NCBI GenBank assembly: GCA_963717145.1
Contig: OY970325.1
Location: 2,880,001-2,944,000 of the forward strand
DNA length: 64,000 nucleotides
DNA from: an uncultured Armatimonadetes bacterium
GTDB lineage: Bacteria; Armatimonadota; UBA5829; DTJY01
Reading direction: 5' to 3'
Position 1 is the stretch's first letter. Every line of letters begins with the position of its first letter. Below the pieces are notes generated by a model. The model searched no databases, was not told the DNA's origin, and saw only the letters and a program-made list of their open reading frames with translations. Both the position numbers and the translations under genes were made by a program. Below, in pieces: positions 18,091-28,594 of the stretch.

Positions 18091-19128
18091 CTATCTGCGG
18101 CGAAGGAACGCCGGGATGTCGAGTTCCTCGGTTCCCGCGGCGACTGGAACGCTCTCACGCCCACCCATGCGGTCGCTCTTGATCGGCCTGCTGCCGTCGA
18201 ATCCGGTAGCAAGGACGGTGACCTGAACCGCGCCTTCCATGCGGTCACTGATGACCGTGCCGAAAATGATGTTGGCGTCGCGCTCGTCGGTCGCCTTGAA
18301 GATGACATCAGCCGCCTCGTAGACCTCGGACAGCGTGAGATCGGATCCGCCGGTGATGTTGAGCAGTACGCCTCTCGCGCCGTCGATGCTCGACTCCAGG
18401 AGCGGGCTCGAAATCGCTGACTGGGCCGCCTCTATCGCGCGGTTTTCGCCGGTCGCATAGCCGACGCCCATCAGCGCCGAGCCGGCATCCGCCATGATTG
18501 CCTTGACATCTGCGAAGTCAACGTTGATCATGCCGGGAATGGTGATGATGTCCGACACGCCCTGAACGCCCTGTCGAAGAACGTCATCGGCCATGCGGAA
18601 GGCTTCCAGCAGCGTAGCCTTCTTCTCGGTGATGCCGAGCAGCTTGTCGTTCGGGATGACGATGATCGTGTCGACCTTGTCCCGGAGAGTCTCGATGCCG
18701 TCATCGGCTGATCGAGCCCTGCGCGGTCCCTCGAATGCAAAGGGCTTCGTGACTACACCGACCGTCAGCGCGCCCATCTCCTTGGCGATCTCGGCGATCA
18801 CGCCGGCCGCTCCGGTCCCAGTACCGCCGCCCATGCCCGCGGTCACGAAAACCATGTCCGCGCCTTCCAGGGCCTTCTTGATCTCCTGCTTGCTCTCCTC
18901 AGCGGCGCTACGTCCGACCTCGGGATCGCCTCCGGCGCCGAGCCCCTTGGTCAGGCTCTCGCCCAACTGAAGGTGCACCTCAGCCGACGACATGCCCAGA
19001 ACCTGGGAATCCGTATTCATCGCCAGGAAGTTCACGCCGGACACACCGCACTCGATCATACGGTTGACGGCATTCGTGCCGCCTCCACCTACACCCACTA
19101 CCTTGATCTTTGCGTACTGCTCTGCCAT
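18091..19128 (-). CDS. ftsZ: Cell division protein FtsZ
   Basis: [18 protein letters not shown] tubulin signature, NVDFAD, C-terminal LDIPAFLRR. Confidence 0.99.
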   Translation of the reverse strand: MAEQYAKIKVVGVGGGGTNAVNRMIECGVSGVNFLAMNTDSQVLGMSSAEVHLQLGESLTKGLGAGGDPEVGRSAAEESKQEIKKALEGADMVFVTAGMGGGTGTGAAGVIAEIAKEMGALTVGVVTKPFAFEGPRRARSADDGIETLRDKVDTIIVIPNDKLLGITEKKATLLEAFRMADDVLRQGVQGVSDIITIPGMINVDFADVKAIMADAGSALMGVGYATGENRAIEAAQSAISSPLLESSIDGARGVLLNITGGSDLTLSEVYEAADVIFKATDERDANIIFGTVISDRMEGAVQVTVLATGFDGSRPIKSDRMGGRESVPVAAGTEELDIPAFLRRR

Positions 19129-19162
19129 TTCTCTTTGCCCCCCTTTGATTGTTTTGAAAGCA

Positions 19163-20401
19163 CTAATCCCCGCCTACGCGGGCAAAAACCTCACGAAGCC
19201 GCCGAAACACTCGATGCAAAACAGCTTCGTCATCCACATTGTGAGCTTGCCTTGCCTCATGCCTGGCCCAAAACCGCACAAGACCCACGGCCGTCGCACA
19301 AGCAGGGCTGCTCACCGATTCCACCAATCCCGTAACACCTGCAGGCGACCCGATTCTGGCCGCCATGCCGATAGCCTGTTCCGCAAGCTCCGGCAATCCC
19401 TCGAGCAGTGATCCGCCGCCCGTCAGTACCAGTCCCGCGGGCGCTTTGTCGGCGCATCCTGCCTTTTCTATATGCCCCCGCACCATCTGCAGCAGCTCGA
19501 CCATTCGAGGCTCGATGATCTCTGCGAGCACTTTCCTGGGCAGTTGTCTCGGCCTCGAAGTACCGAGGCCGGTGAACTCAAACGTTTCGTTCTGCCCATC
19601 CGATCCCGACAGCGCACTGCCAAAACTTGCCTTGACCCGCTCAGCCTCCTCAATGGAGGTTCGCAGGCCGATCGCGATGTCTCGGGTAACGTGGTTACCG
19701 CCGACCGGCACGACGCCGGAATAGTATATACTACCTCCGATGTAAATGGCAAGGTCTGTTGTTCCGCCGCCGATGTCGACCAGAACGACCCCCAGATCCG
19801 TCTCGGCCGGGGTGAGCACACTCTCCGCAGCGGCGATCGGCTCCAGCACCGTGGCATCGACTGCATATCCGGCCTGGTGAACGCATTTCACCACGTTCTG
19901 GATGAAACTGCTCATCCCGGTGACGATGTGCGTCTCCACCTCGAGACGGTTGCCGTGCATTCCCACCGGCGCGTGTATGCCGTCCTGGCCGTCCACCGAG
20001 TACCATCGTGGTATCGCGTGTACGATCTCCCGGTCGGGCGGGATCACGATCACCTTGGCCGTTTCGAGCAGACGGTCCACATCACTCTCGCTGATCTCAC
20101 GGTCCGAGTGCGTAATAGCGATGACACTCCGGCTGTTCAGGCAGGCGATGTGCTCGCCAGTCACGCCTACGACAGCGGAGTGGACCTCCTCACCGGCCAT
20201 TCTCTGAGCCTTCTGGACTGCGCTTCGGATGGCCTCAGTCGTGGCCGCGAGGTCGACTACTACGCCTTTCTTGAGTCCCATGCAGGGGCTCGTCCCCACC
20301 CCGATAACCTCGGGCAGAGAGCCGGGCACGATGTCGGCGATCACCGCGCAGATCTTGGTGGTACCGATATCCAGTCCTGCGATCATGTAGTCCTGCGACA
20401 C
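19163..20401 (-). CDS. ftsA: Cell division protein FtsA
   Basis: [33 protein letters not shown], amphipathic C-terminus. Confidence 0.97.
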   Translation of the reverse strand: MSQDYMIAGLDIGTTKICAVIADIVPGSLPEVIGVGTSPCMGLKKGVVVDLAATTEAIRSAVQKAQRMAGEEVHSAVVGVTGEHIACLNSRSVIAITHSDREISESDVDRLLETAKVIVIPPDREIVHAIPRWYSVDGQDGIHAPVGMHGNRLEVETHIVTGMSSFIQNVVKCVHQAGYAVDATVLEPIAAAESVLTPAETDLGVVLVDIGGGTTDLAIYIGGSIYYSGVVPVGGNHVTRDIAIGLRTSIEEAERVKASFGSALSGSDGQNETFEFTGLGTSRPRQLPRKVLAEIIEPRMVELLQMVRGHIEKAGCADKAPAGLVLTGGGSLLEGLPELAEQAIGMAARIGSPAGVTGLVESVSSPACATAVGLVRFWARHEARQAHNVDDEAVLHRVFRRLREVFARVGGD

Positions 20402-20427
20402 AGCCCACCTCTGCCAATCGCCTACCC

Positions 20428-20594
20428 GTAGGGGCGACCTTCGACGGTCGCCCGCGGGAGGCCATTGAAGGCCTCCCCTACGGTGCGCGAGCGGGAGGCC
20501 GTTGCAAGGCCTGCCCTACGGTGCGCGAGCGGGAGGCCGTTGCAAGGCCTGCCCTACGGTGCGCGAGCGGGAGGCCGTTGAAGGCCTCCCCTAC
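20428..20594. repeat. GTAG-REP-like array (family B): one forward unit plus four reverse units, ~38-bp period
   Basis: gtaggggcgaccttcgacggtcgccc, then four gggaggccgttg(c)aaggcct(g/c)ccctac units with CTAC at 20478, 20516, 20554 and 20591. Confidence 0.9.
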
Positions 20595-20950
20595 TCTGCG
20601 ATCCGCTTCGCCAGAGCGATCTTCGTCAGCCACTGCCGTCTGATGAGCGACAGGTTCAGGAACACCCGACCGCCGAGCGCCACAACAGCGGCCAGGAACA
20701 GGTCCACCCCGATCTGATCGCCGAGATAGGCGAGCAGCGCCGCGAGCAGCGTATTGACGACGAACCCGGACAGGAAGATATCCGCCTCGAACTTGTCTTC
20801 GATCCCCGCCCTGATTCCGCCGGACACCGAGTCGAGTCCCGCGAGAGCCGCGAGCGACAGATAGCTGGCGATGCCTCCGGGCACTGGAAGATCGAAAAAG
20901 TATATCGAGACGAAACCTATCAACAGGCCCAATAGAGGGAGCAATGTCAC
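20591..20950 (-). CDS. sbp: Small basic protein Sbp (DUF1290)
   Basis: YLSLAALAGLDSVSGGIRA, IFLSGFVVN, LGDQIGVDL, RVFLNLSLIRR; canonical position between DUF881 and ftsA. Confidence 0.88.
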   Translation of the reverse strand: MTLLPLLGLLIGFVSIYFFDLPVPGGIASYLSLAALAGLDSVSGGIRAGIEDKFEADIFLSGFVVNTLLAALLAYLGDQIGVDLFLAAVVALGGRVFLNLSLIRRQWLTKIALAKRIAE

Positions 20951-21723
20951 AACTTCACCTCGTTCCCTGTCTTGGCCGGTCTGGCATACTGGAACCGCGT
21001 GCTGCCGGAGAAGGCCGGCACCACCAGGCGCTTGGTCTTCTCGATCTTGATCATATCCGAGAGATCCTCGAGGATGCGGAAGGAGTCCACTACCCCACCG
21101 CGCATTGTGAGTCCGTTCTCCATTTCGTCCGCAGGGCCGATCGCTCTGACCTCGAAAGGCGGCGACATCGGCGCATTGTTGATCAGGATCCGCGTCCCGG
21201 CGCAGCGGATGGGCGTATTTGCTATGATGCGCTGGTCGTTTACGGCCATGGCCTCGGCCCCGCTTGCCAGCAACTCGTTCACGAAATCGCGGATATCATA
21301 GTCATGGATGAGGTAGTCCTCACTCAACTCGGGACCGGCATCGTCGGGCGGCCGCCTCTTGCTATCCCTGAGAGTAACGATGATACCTTCACCCTCAGCC
21401 TCGATCAGTCCGGCATGGAACTTCGCGCTCTCCAACTCAGCGCTGAGCACTCCGCTCGACGAGCCGCCCTCACCAAGGGCCTGCTCGTACCGCCTGACCT
21501 TTCCGCGAAGGTCCCTTATCTCTTTCTCCAGGCTCTGATTTCGCTCCCTTTCATCGGCCCAGGCCCGGGCGAGCTGGGGGAACCGCGTCGTAGGGAGGCC
21601 GGACGTGGACTTGATCGTCTGTTGTGTTTTCAACGCGGCCGCGAGCAACATGCCCAGCACGAAGCTGAGCAGGGTCACGTGCCAGAGCCAAGAGCTTCTC
21701 TTGAGGCCGAACGGCGAGATCAT
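20947..21723 (-). CDS. DUF881 (YlxW/YlxX-like) membrane protein
   Basis: GEGIIVTLRD, IHDYDIRDFVNELLASGAEAMAVNDQRI, PPFEVRAIG. Confidence 0.88.
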   Translation of the reverse strand: MISPFGLKRSSWLWHVTLLSFVLGMLLAAALKTQQTIKSTSGLPTTRFPQLARAWADERERNQSLEKEIRDLRGKVRRYEQALGEGGSSSGVLSAELESAKFHAGLIEAEGEGIIVTLRDSKRRPPDDAGPELSEDYLIHDYDIRDFVNELLASGAEAMAVNDQRIIANTPIRCAGTRILINNAPMSPPFEVRAIGPADEMENGLTMRGGVVDSFRILEDLSDMIKIEKTKRLVVPAFSGSTRFQYARPAKTGNEVKL

Positions 21724-21832
21724 GATCGATGTATGCCTCCGGTGGGATGTCACCCACCGCGGAGAGGTAGCAAGCGTCCGCATGGCGGGCAGGCTCACTT
21801 ACCGGAATTCGCTCATCCGGTTCGACCGGTCA

Positions 21833-21859
21833 TGGCCGGCACGAAGGCACGGCCACTAC
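21833..21859 (-). repeat. GTAG-REP-like unit (family C)
   Basis: tggccggcacgaaggcacggccactac, the reverse complement of GTAGTGGCCGTGCCTTCGTGCCGGCCA. Confidence 0.8.
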
Positions 21860-21886
21860 AGGCCAATCCGTTTGAGCGAGGTGTAG

Positions 21887-22678
21887 TCAGGATGGATTGG
21901 AATCCGATTGCTTTGGCTTCAACGCCGGGGCTTCCGGACAGGTCACGTCGACATATTCCAGATGAGGCACGAGGTTTATGGTCTGTTCGGCCTTCTCGAG
22001 CTTGCCCTCCATCTGCTGCGGTTGACCCAGCCGTATCAGGATTCCATCCTGAACATTTAAGCATAAATCGTTGTTCGGGTCAACCGTGATTTTTCGGACC
22101 GAGAGTTTTCCAAACGGCTGTGCCAGACGCAAACATCTCGAGGCCAATTTGAAGGCCGGAGCGGTGATCGGCTTACCAAGAGCGATCGCCTTTGGGACCG
22201 TACACGACAGGACCGGGAGCTTCGGATCCGGGCTCGCGACGGTTCGGAAAGGTATGCCGGCGGCATCCGTCTCATAGAACCTGCCTTGAGCGCTGAGCAC
22301 GGCATAGGGCTTGCGCTCGGTGATCCGGACGACCAGCGTGTTGGGGAACTTGCGATGGACCGTGACGCCCTTGATGATCGGATTCGGACGCAGGCGGTCG
22401 GCAATGCCGCGCGTCGGGAACGTGAAGATGTTGCTCTTGTCCGGTATCCGGGTGCTCTGGACGACAAACTTCCGGTCGACGAGCTTCCGGCCCTGGACGA
22501 CGACACCCCTGATCTCGAACCAGGGCAGTTTGAGGACGGCAAGCATGCTCTCGCCCGCCAGCAGGATCAACAGGAGCGACAGGATGAGCCTTGGCGCGTT
22601 GATCCTGTAGCGCCTGCGTCTTTCCGGCCTGCGCGCGGCCCGCTGCACCGGCTTTGTTCGCCGTCTTGAGGATTTCAT
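21887..22678 (-). CDS. ftsQ: Cell division protein FtsQ/DivIB
   Basis: Basic N-terminus, TM helix, POTRA-like segment (VHRKFPNTLVVRITERKP), YVDV; dcw position. Start uncertain (22678 or 22693). Confidence 0.88.
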   Translation of the reverse strand: MKSSRRRTKPVQRAARRPERRRRYRINAPRLILSLLLILLAGESMLAVLKLPWFEIRGVVVQGRKLVDRKFVVQSTRIPDKSNIFTFPTRGIADRLRPNPIIKGVTVHRKFPNTLVVRITERKPYAVLSAQGRFYETDAAGIPFRTVASPDPKLPVLSCTVPKAIALGKPITAPAFKLASRCLRLAQPFGKLSVRKITVDPNNDLCLNVQDGILIRLGQPQQMEGKLEKAEQTINLVPHLEYVDVTCPEAPALKPKQSDSNPS

Positions 22679-22686
22679 CGGTTCGA

Positions 22687-23595
22687 CTACCATTCTCCTA
22701 CTATCTGAACTTCCGTTTGTAGTTCGATCCCGCAACACTCGCGCACCATGTCGCGCACCCGACTTATGAGTTCCCGAATGTCCGACGCGGTTGCGTTCTC
22801 CACGTTGAAGAAGAAATTCGCATGATGGATTGAGACTTCGGCGCCGCCGACCCTCATTCCTTTGCAGCCGACCCTCTCGATCAACTCCCCGGCGTGCTCG
22901 CCCGGCGGGTTCTTGAAGGTCGATCCGGCTGTGCCTAATGCACAGGGCTGAAGCTTTCTGTTCTCGAGCAACTCGACGCATCTCGCACGGATGTCGTCCG
23001 CCGATCCTTCGCAGAGCCGGAAGACGGCCTCGGTGATGACCAGACCTTTCTCTCCGACCCTGCTCGAACGATACGCGAGCCCGAGGTCCTTCGCCTCGAT
23101 CCTATGACGGACGCCGGTCATGTCCACGGCCTGGACGAACTGCAGCGTGTTCTCGACGTATCCGTACCGAGTGCCGGCGTTCATGTAGACCGCCCCACCG
23201 ACCGTGCCGGGCACTCCGGTCAAACCCTCGAGGCCCGAGAGTCCGGCGCAACTGGCCCTGTCGACCAGGCTTGGAAGCTTGGCCGAAGCGCCTGCGGTGA
23301 TCGTCTCGCCCTCGACGATGATCCTGTCGAACCCTTGGCCGAGCTTGATCACCAGCCCGCGGACACCTTTATCGGAAACCAGAAGATTGTAGCCCCCTCC
23401 GAGCACCATGACGGGAATCCCGCCCACACGCGCCCATTCAAGGAGCGCACACAGCTCGCCCTCGTCCTCCGGGACCGCGAGCATGTCCGCCGGCCCGCCG
23501 ACGCGGAACGACGTGTACGGCGACAGCGGTTCGTCGAACAGGACCTCGCCCTTGATCGATGGTATGCTCATCCCCCGGTGCTCCAAGGTGGTCAC
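22687..23595 (-). CDS. murB: UDP-N-acetylenolpyruvoylglucosamine reductase
   Basis: FRVGGPA, GGGYNLLVSD, PGTVGGAVYMNAG, GSTFKNP, HANF. Confidence 0.96.
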   Translation of the reverse strand: MTTLEHRGMSIPSIKGEVLFDEPLSPYTSFRVGGPADMLAVPEDEGELCALLEWARVGGIPVMVLGGGYNLLVSDKGVRGLVIKLGQGFDRIIVEGETITAGASAKLPSLVDRASCAGLSGLEGLTGVPGTVGGAVYMNAGTRYGYVENTLQFVQAVDMTGVRHRIEAKDLGLAYRSSRVGEKGLVITEAVFRLCEGSADDIRARCVELLENRKLQPCALGTAGSTFKNPPGEHAGELIERVGCKGMRVGGAEVSIHHANFFFNVENATASDIRELISRVRDMVRECCGIELQTEVQIVGEW

Positions 23596-24977
23596 GACTC
23601 CTTCACCCGCTCGCCCTTCCTGAGAAGAGACACAAGCGCCTCACCGGCCACACGGATGTCGCCCGCGCCCATGACGATCACCAGGTCACCGGGCCGAAGC
23701 TCGGGGAGAAGCGACTGTGCGACCGCATTCTTATCCGCGATGAAGATGACCAGCTTCTCAGGATGCCGCGATCGGATGATGTCACCGATCATCGACGAGC
23801 TGACCCCTGCCATCGGCTCCTCTCGCGCGGCGAAGATCTCTGTCAGAACGACAACATCGGCCAGGCTGAGGCCCTCGGCGAATTCGTCCATGAACGTCAC
23901 CGTCCGGCTGTACTGGTGAGGTTGGTAGACCACGACCACCCGGCGGTTGAAGGCACGCGCGGCTTCGAGGGTGGCGCGGATCTCGGTCGGATGATGAGCG
24001 TAGTCATCGGCGACCATGATCCCGGACTCCTCGCCGAGAACATCGAAACGCCGCTCGGCCCCCTGGAAATCCGCGAGCGCGGCGAACATCACGTCGAAGC
24101 CGAGTCCGAGTTCGTGACCGGCCGCCAGCGCCGCAAGGGCGTTCTGAACGTTATGCTCGCCTGGAACACGAAGCGTGACCCGCCCGCAGTCGGCGCCATC
24201 GTGTACGATCCGAAAAGATGGTGTCGGGGACGCAAGATCGGCATCCACGGCGCGAAGGTCCGCGTCGGGGCTGAGCCCGTAAGTGATCGTTCGCCGATCG
24301 ACCCCTGGGAGCAGCTCCCGGACGTGCGGGCTGTCGATGCACATTATCGCGCAACCCTCGGGCTGAACCTGCGACAAAAACTGCTTGAACGCGGCGATTA
24401 CGCCTTCCAGCGAACCGTAGAACTCCAGGTGGTCCGCCTCGACGTTTGTCACGATGGCGATCGTGGGACGCAGTTCCAGGAACGAACTGAACGCCTCGCA
24501 CGCCTCGGTGAGAAAGACCTCACCCTTACCGAGCCTGGCATTCCCCTGCAGGCGCTCCAGGTCGCCGCCGATGAGGATCGTCGGGTCGAGCCCGCCGGCC
24601 ACGAGGACATCCGCCAGCATCGAGGTCGTCGTCGTCTTGCCGTGCGTGCCTGCGACGGCGACTCCCAGCGTGCCCTCCATCATCATGCCGAGCAGTTGGG
24701 CGCGGCCGAGGATCGGGATGCCCTTTTCGCGCGCGATCATCAACTCCGGGTTGTCCGGCGGCACGGCGGCCGACGCGATCACCACATCGGCGTCACCGAC
24801 GTTGGCGGCGTCGTGACCCTGCGCGACCTCCACACCGAGCGACCGAAGTCTCTCGGTCGTCGGGGAAAGCTTCAGATCCGAGCCGGAGACCTTGCAACCC
24901 TTCTCCGCGAGCACGGCCGCGAGTCCGCTCATCCCTACCCCGCCGATGCCGATCATGTGGATGTGTTTCTTAGTCAT
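23592..24977 (-). CDS. murC: UDP-N-acetylmuramate--L-alanine ligase
   Basis: IGIGGVGMSGLA, GTHGKTTT, DDYAHHPTE, QPH, MGAGD. Confidence 0.97.
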   Translation of the reverse strand: MTKKHIHMIGIGGVGMSGLAAVLAEKGCKVSGSDLKLSPTTERLRSLGVEVAQGHDAANVGDADVVIASAAVPPDNPELMIAREKGIPILGRAQLLGMMMEGTLGVAVAGTHGKTTTTSMLADVLVAGGLDPTILIGGDLERLQGNARLGKGEVFLTEACEAFSSFLELRPTIAIVTNVEADHLEFYGSLEGVIAAFKQFLSQVQPEGCAIMCIDSPHVRELLPGVDRRTITYGLSPDADLRAVDADLASPTPSFRIVHDGADCGRVTLRVPGEHNVQNALAALAAGHELGLGFDVMFAALADFQGAERRFDVLGEESGIMVADDYAHHPTEIRATLEAARAFNRRVVVVYQPHQYSRTVTFMDEFAEGLSLADVVVLTEIFAAREEPMAGVSSSMIGDIIRSRHPEKLVIFIADKNAVAQSLLPELRPGDLVIVMGAGDIRVAGEALVSLLRKGERVKES

Positions 24978-26086
24978 CAGTTGTCAGTTATCAGTTCAAA
25001 GGCCGCGCGGGCGACATCGTGAGCGGCGTTCGGGCGACCGAGCTTCTTGCTCGCCTCGGCCATCCTCTGAAGCTCCTCGGGCGCGTTCAGGAACCGCTCG
25101 ATGTGATTCGCCAGCGCATCGCCGGTGAACTCGGCATCCTCGATCACGGCCGCGCCGCCATGATCGGCGACGTACTTCGCGTTGAGCCGCTGCTCATTCG
25201 TGATCGCGAAAGGATACGGCACGAAGATCGCCGGCAGACCGACGATTGTGATCTCGCAAACGGTCGATGCGCCCGAACGACATACAATCAGGTCCGCCGC
25301 CCCATACGCCGCCGCCATATCTTCGACGAAAGCGCGCAGATGGTAGTCAGCCCATCCCGCGGACTTCGCGCTCTCCTCCGCCTCGCCGAAGTTGCGTTTC
25401 CCAGCCTGATGGAAGAGCTGGATAGGCATCCCCTTCAGCCTGGGCAGCGCGGAAGCCACCGCCCGATTGAGCGTCTGAGCGCCCTGACTCCCGCCGAAGA
25501 CAAGGACCGTGAACTTCTCAGGATCGAGCCCAAGCTTCCGTCGCGAGACCGTCCTCTCGGGTACCTTCAGCAACTCAGGACGAACCGGCAATCCGGTGAA
25601 GACGGTCCTACCCGCTGGGAAGCACTTCAGGGCATCTTCGAACGAGACGCATATCCGGGATGCAAACTTCGCGAGCAGTGAGTTCGTCCTGCCGGGGACC
25701 ATATTCTGTTCGTGGATAAGACTCTTCCCGCCTCGGAGCGCCTGTGCGAGCACCACCGACGCAGCCACGTACCCGCCGGTACCGATCACGAGGTCCGGCT
25801 TGAATCGCCGCAAGGTCCCGAGCGCCTCGACGAATCCTTTCCCGAGGCTGAGCGCGGTCAATATTGTATCAAAAGAGAGCATCCGGCCCAGCTTGCGGCT
25901 CGTCAGTCCGACGAACGGTATCTCAGCGCTGGCGGCCATCCCCTCTTCCATGCCGTTCCGGCTGCCGATGTAGAGCAACTCGCAGTCCGGCACTTCGGAG
26001 CGGATTGCCCGACCTATGCTAATAGCCGGATAGGCGTGACCCCCGGTTCCGCCGCCGGTAAGGACGATCCTCATCTTCTCCACCAT
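24977..26086 (-). CDS. murG: Undecaprenyl-PP-MurNAc-pentapeptide GlcNAc transferase
   Basis: GGGTGGH, GGYV, HEQN, GGSQGA, RSGASTV, EQRLNA. Confidence 0.97.
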   Translation of the reverse strand: MVEKMRIVLTGGGTGGHAYPAISIGRAIRSEVPDCELLYIGSRNGMEEGMAASAEIPFVGLTSRKLGRMLSFDTILTALSLGKGFVEALGTLRRFKPDLVIGTGGYVAASVVLAQALRGGKSLIHEQNMVPGRTNSLLAKFASRICVSFEDALKCFPAGRTVFTGLPVRPELLKVPERTVSRRKLGLDPEKFTVLVFGGSQGAQTLNRAVASALPRLKGMPIQLFHQAGKRNFGEAEESAKSAGWADYHLRAFVEDMAAAYGAADLIVCRSGASTVCEITIVGLPAIFVPYPFAITNEQRLNAKYVADHGGAAVIEDAEFTGDALANHIERFLNAPEELQRMAEASKKLGRPNAAHDVARAAFELITDN

Positions 26087-27188
26087 TCGGGTATTGCGAT
26101 ATCCCGAGCAGGATGCCCACGATCATCAGGTTGAGCGCCAGTGACGATCCTCCATAACTGATGAACGGCAGCGGCACACCCGTCGCCGGGACGCTCGATG
26201 TCACCACCAGCATGTTCAAGAGCGCCTGGCCTGCGATCAGGCAGGTGATGCCGGTTGCCAGAAACTTGCCGAAGTTGTCTTTCGTCTTCTTCGCAATCTT
26301 GAACCCTCTGATTGCGAACAGCAGAAAGAGCGTCGCGAGCCCGACCGTACCGATCAGACCCGCCTCCTCGCCGAGTACGGCGAGTATGAAATCGGTGTGC
26401 TCAGCGGGGAGGTAGAAGATCTTCTCTCGTCCCTCGCAGAGTCCCACACCCAACGGCCCGCCGGATCCGAGGGCAATCAGCGATCGGCAGATCTGATAGC
26501 CGTTTCCACTGTAGTCGGCAAACGGGTTCAGGAACGCCATCAGTCTCGCGACCCGGTAAGGCTCTATCGCGATCAGGACTGCACCCAGGACTACCGCTGT
26601 GGCGATTATAAGCGTCATGTGACTTCTGCGCGCGCCGGCCACGTAGATGAGAATAATGCCCGCGGCGCAGGTTATGATAGTCGTGCCCATGTCCGGCTCA
26701 GCCATGACGAGTGCGGCGATAACGCCGATCGGAGCCAATACCGGGGCCAATCCGGACCAGAAATCCCTGATATCGATCTTGGTGCCGGACAGCCGATGTG
26801 CCAGGTACAGAACGAGCGCGAGCTTCGCAAACTCGGACGGCTGGATGTTGAACATCCCATTGCCGATCCATCTCGTCGCACCGTTGACGTTCCTGCCCAC
26901 TCCCGGAACGAAAACCGCGCCGAGACCGATGATTCCCAGCAGAAGGAGGATCCCTGTATACGGCTTCAGCCGCCAGAACGGTACCCGCTGGGCGAGGAAC
27001 ATCGCGATCAGCCCGATCACGGCGAAGACCGCCTGTCGCTTCACGAAGTAGTAGCTGTCTCCACCGGTGAACCGTGCCTGACCCGCGCGCGCATAGCTGG
27101 CGTCGAACACCATGAAGATGCCGATCACCAACAGCGCGATTGTGATCCCAAAAAGCCAGATATCGGGAGACCGCTTGTTACCTGTCAC
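26019..27188 (-). CDS. ftsW: Peptidoglycan polymerase FtsW (SEDS)
   Basis: NGATRWI, QPSEFAK, EPDMGT, HTDFI..EEAG, TGVPLPFISYGGSS. Confidence 0.96.
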   Translation of the reverse strand: MTGNKRSPDIWLFGITIALLVIGIFMVFDASYARAGQARFTGGDSYYFVKRQAVFAVIGLIAMFLAQRVPFWRLKPYTGILLLLGIIGLGAVFVPGVGRNVNGATRWIGNGMFNIQPSEFAKLALVLYLAHRLSGTKIDIRDFWSGLAPVLAPIGVIAALVMAEPDMGTTIITCAAGIILIYVAGARRSHMTLIIATAVVLGAVLIAIEPYRVARLMAFLNPFADYSGNGYQICRSLIALGSGGPLGVGLCEGREKIFYLPAEHTDFILAVLGEEAGLIGTVGLATLFLLFAIRGFKIAKKTKDNFGKFLATGITCLIAGQALLNMLVVTSSVPATGVPLPFISYGGSSLALNLMIVGILLGISQYPNGGEDEDRPYRRRNRGSRLSGY

Positions 27189-27191
27189 CGA

Positions 27192-28594
27192 TCAGACCCC
27201 CACTCGCGCGGCCAAGCCCCTTACCGCGTCCTTGAAGACACGGCCCCGGTGCTCGAAATCATCGAACATATCGAAACTGGCGCACCCCGGCGACAACACG
27301 ACCGTATCGCCGAATTCGGCATGCTTCCATGCCTCTTCCACCGCCGTCTCCATCGTCGCGGCATTGCTGATCCTGCTGAAACCGGCCTCGCGGGCCGCCT
27401 TCTCGATCAAGGGCGCATCCTTGCCGATCAGGACGACGTGCTTCGCGTACCGGACGAATGCCTCGCCAAGCAGCCGATAGTCAGCGCCTTTATCCTTACC
27501 GCCGGCGATCACGATCGCCGGCCTTCCGATAGCCTCCAGCGAACTGACTGAGGCCCGCACGTTCGTACACATCGAGTTGTTCAGGAACTCGATGCCCTGA
27601 ACCATCGCGACCGGCTCCAATCTGTGCTCGGGTGGCTCGATTGTGTCCACCGCCTCCTGGACGGCGTGGCGACTCGCGCCGAATGCGATCGCCGCCGCCG
27701 AAGCCGCGAGGACGTTCTCCAGGTTGTGCCGCCCACGGAGCTTCATGTTGGCCGTGTCGCAGACGAACGACTCGCCCTCCGGAGTGCGAATCCACACCTC
27801 AGTCCCGCGGGCGAACGCGCCAACTTCGACCTCGTGCGTGCCACTGAACTGCCAGACCTGGCTCTGGATTCCGGGAGCGAACTTCATGACGACCGGATCG
27901 TCGGCGTTGAGTATCGCGTAATCGGCCGGCTGCTGGAACTCGAAGAGCCGCGCCTTGGTCGCCGCATACGACTCGATATCGGGGTGGCGGTCGAGATGAT
28001 CCTCGGTCACGTTGAGGAGCGCCGCGACCCTCGGGCGGAAGGAGGTCACCCATTCGAGCTGGAAGGAGCTGATCTCGGCCACTATCACGTCAGACGCCGA
28101 TGCCCGATACGCCGCGCGAACGAGCGGTAGTCGCGTCTCGCCCGCCACGATGTTCCCGGCGACGTAGGTGTGCCGCCCGTCGGCCTTCATGATCTCGCCG
28201 ACGAGCGCGGTCGTGGTCGTCTTGCCGTTTGTGCCGGTGATGGCGATGATCGGCGCGGGCGAGATCCGATATGCCAGCTCGATCTCGGAGAAGACCGGAA
28301 CGCCGTGCTGCCGAGCCGTGACAAGGCCGGGACACGTCTCGGGGACTCCCGGGCTGGTGACGACGACATCGGCGCCGAGATGCCCTCATATGCCTCGTCG
28401 CCAACACGAGTCGCGAGTCCCAGTTCGACTGCCCGCTTCATCGCGTCGGTCAGTGCGCCTGCTTCCTTTCGGTCGTGCATGGTGACCTGCGCACCGAGAG
28501 CGGTCAGGACCTCAGCGGCGGCCAGTCCGGACCTGGCCATCCCAATGATGTGCGCCCTCTTGCCATAGAAATCCGTCTGTTTGTCTAACGCCAT
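27192..28594 (-). CDS. murD: UDP-MurNAc-L-Ala--D-glutamate ligase, split by a 1-nt deletion near 28378 (probable assembly error)
   Basis: N-terminal part GMARSGLAAA..YEGI in one frame. It continues as GADVVVTSPGVP..GTNGKTTTT..GNI..EISSFQL..HRLE..LSPGCASFD in the frame of ORF 27192..28190. Confidence 0.93.

Noticed and set aside
28360..28395. Programmed ribosomal frameshifting in murD and the other split genes
   Set aside because: No slippery sequence or shared stimulatory signal at the four sites, and the indels go in both directions.
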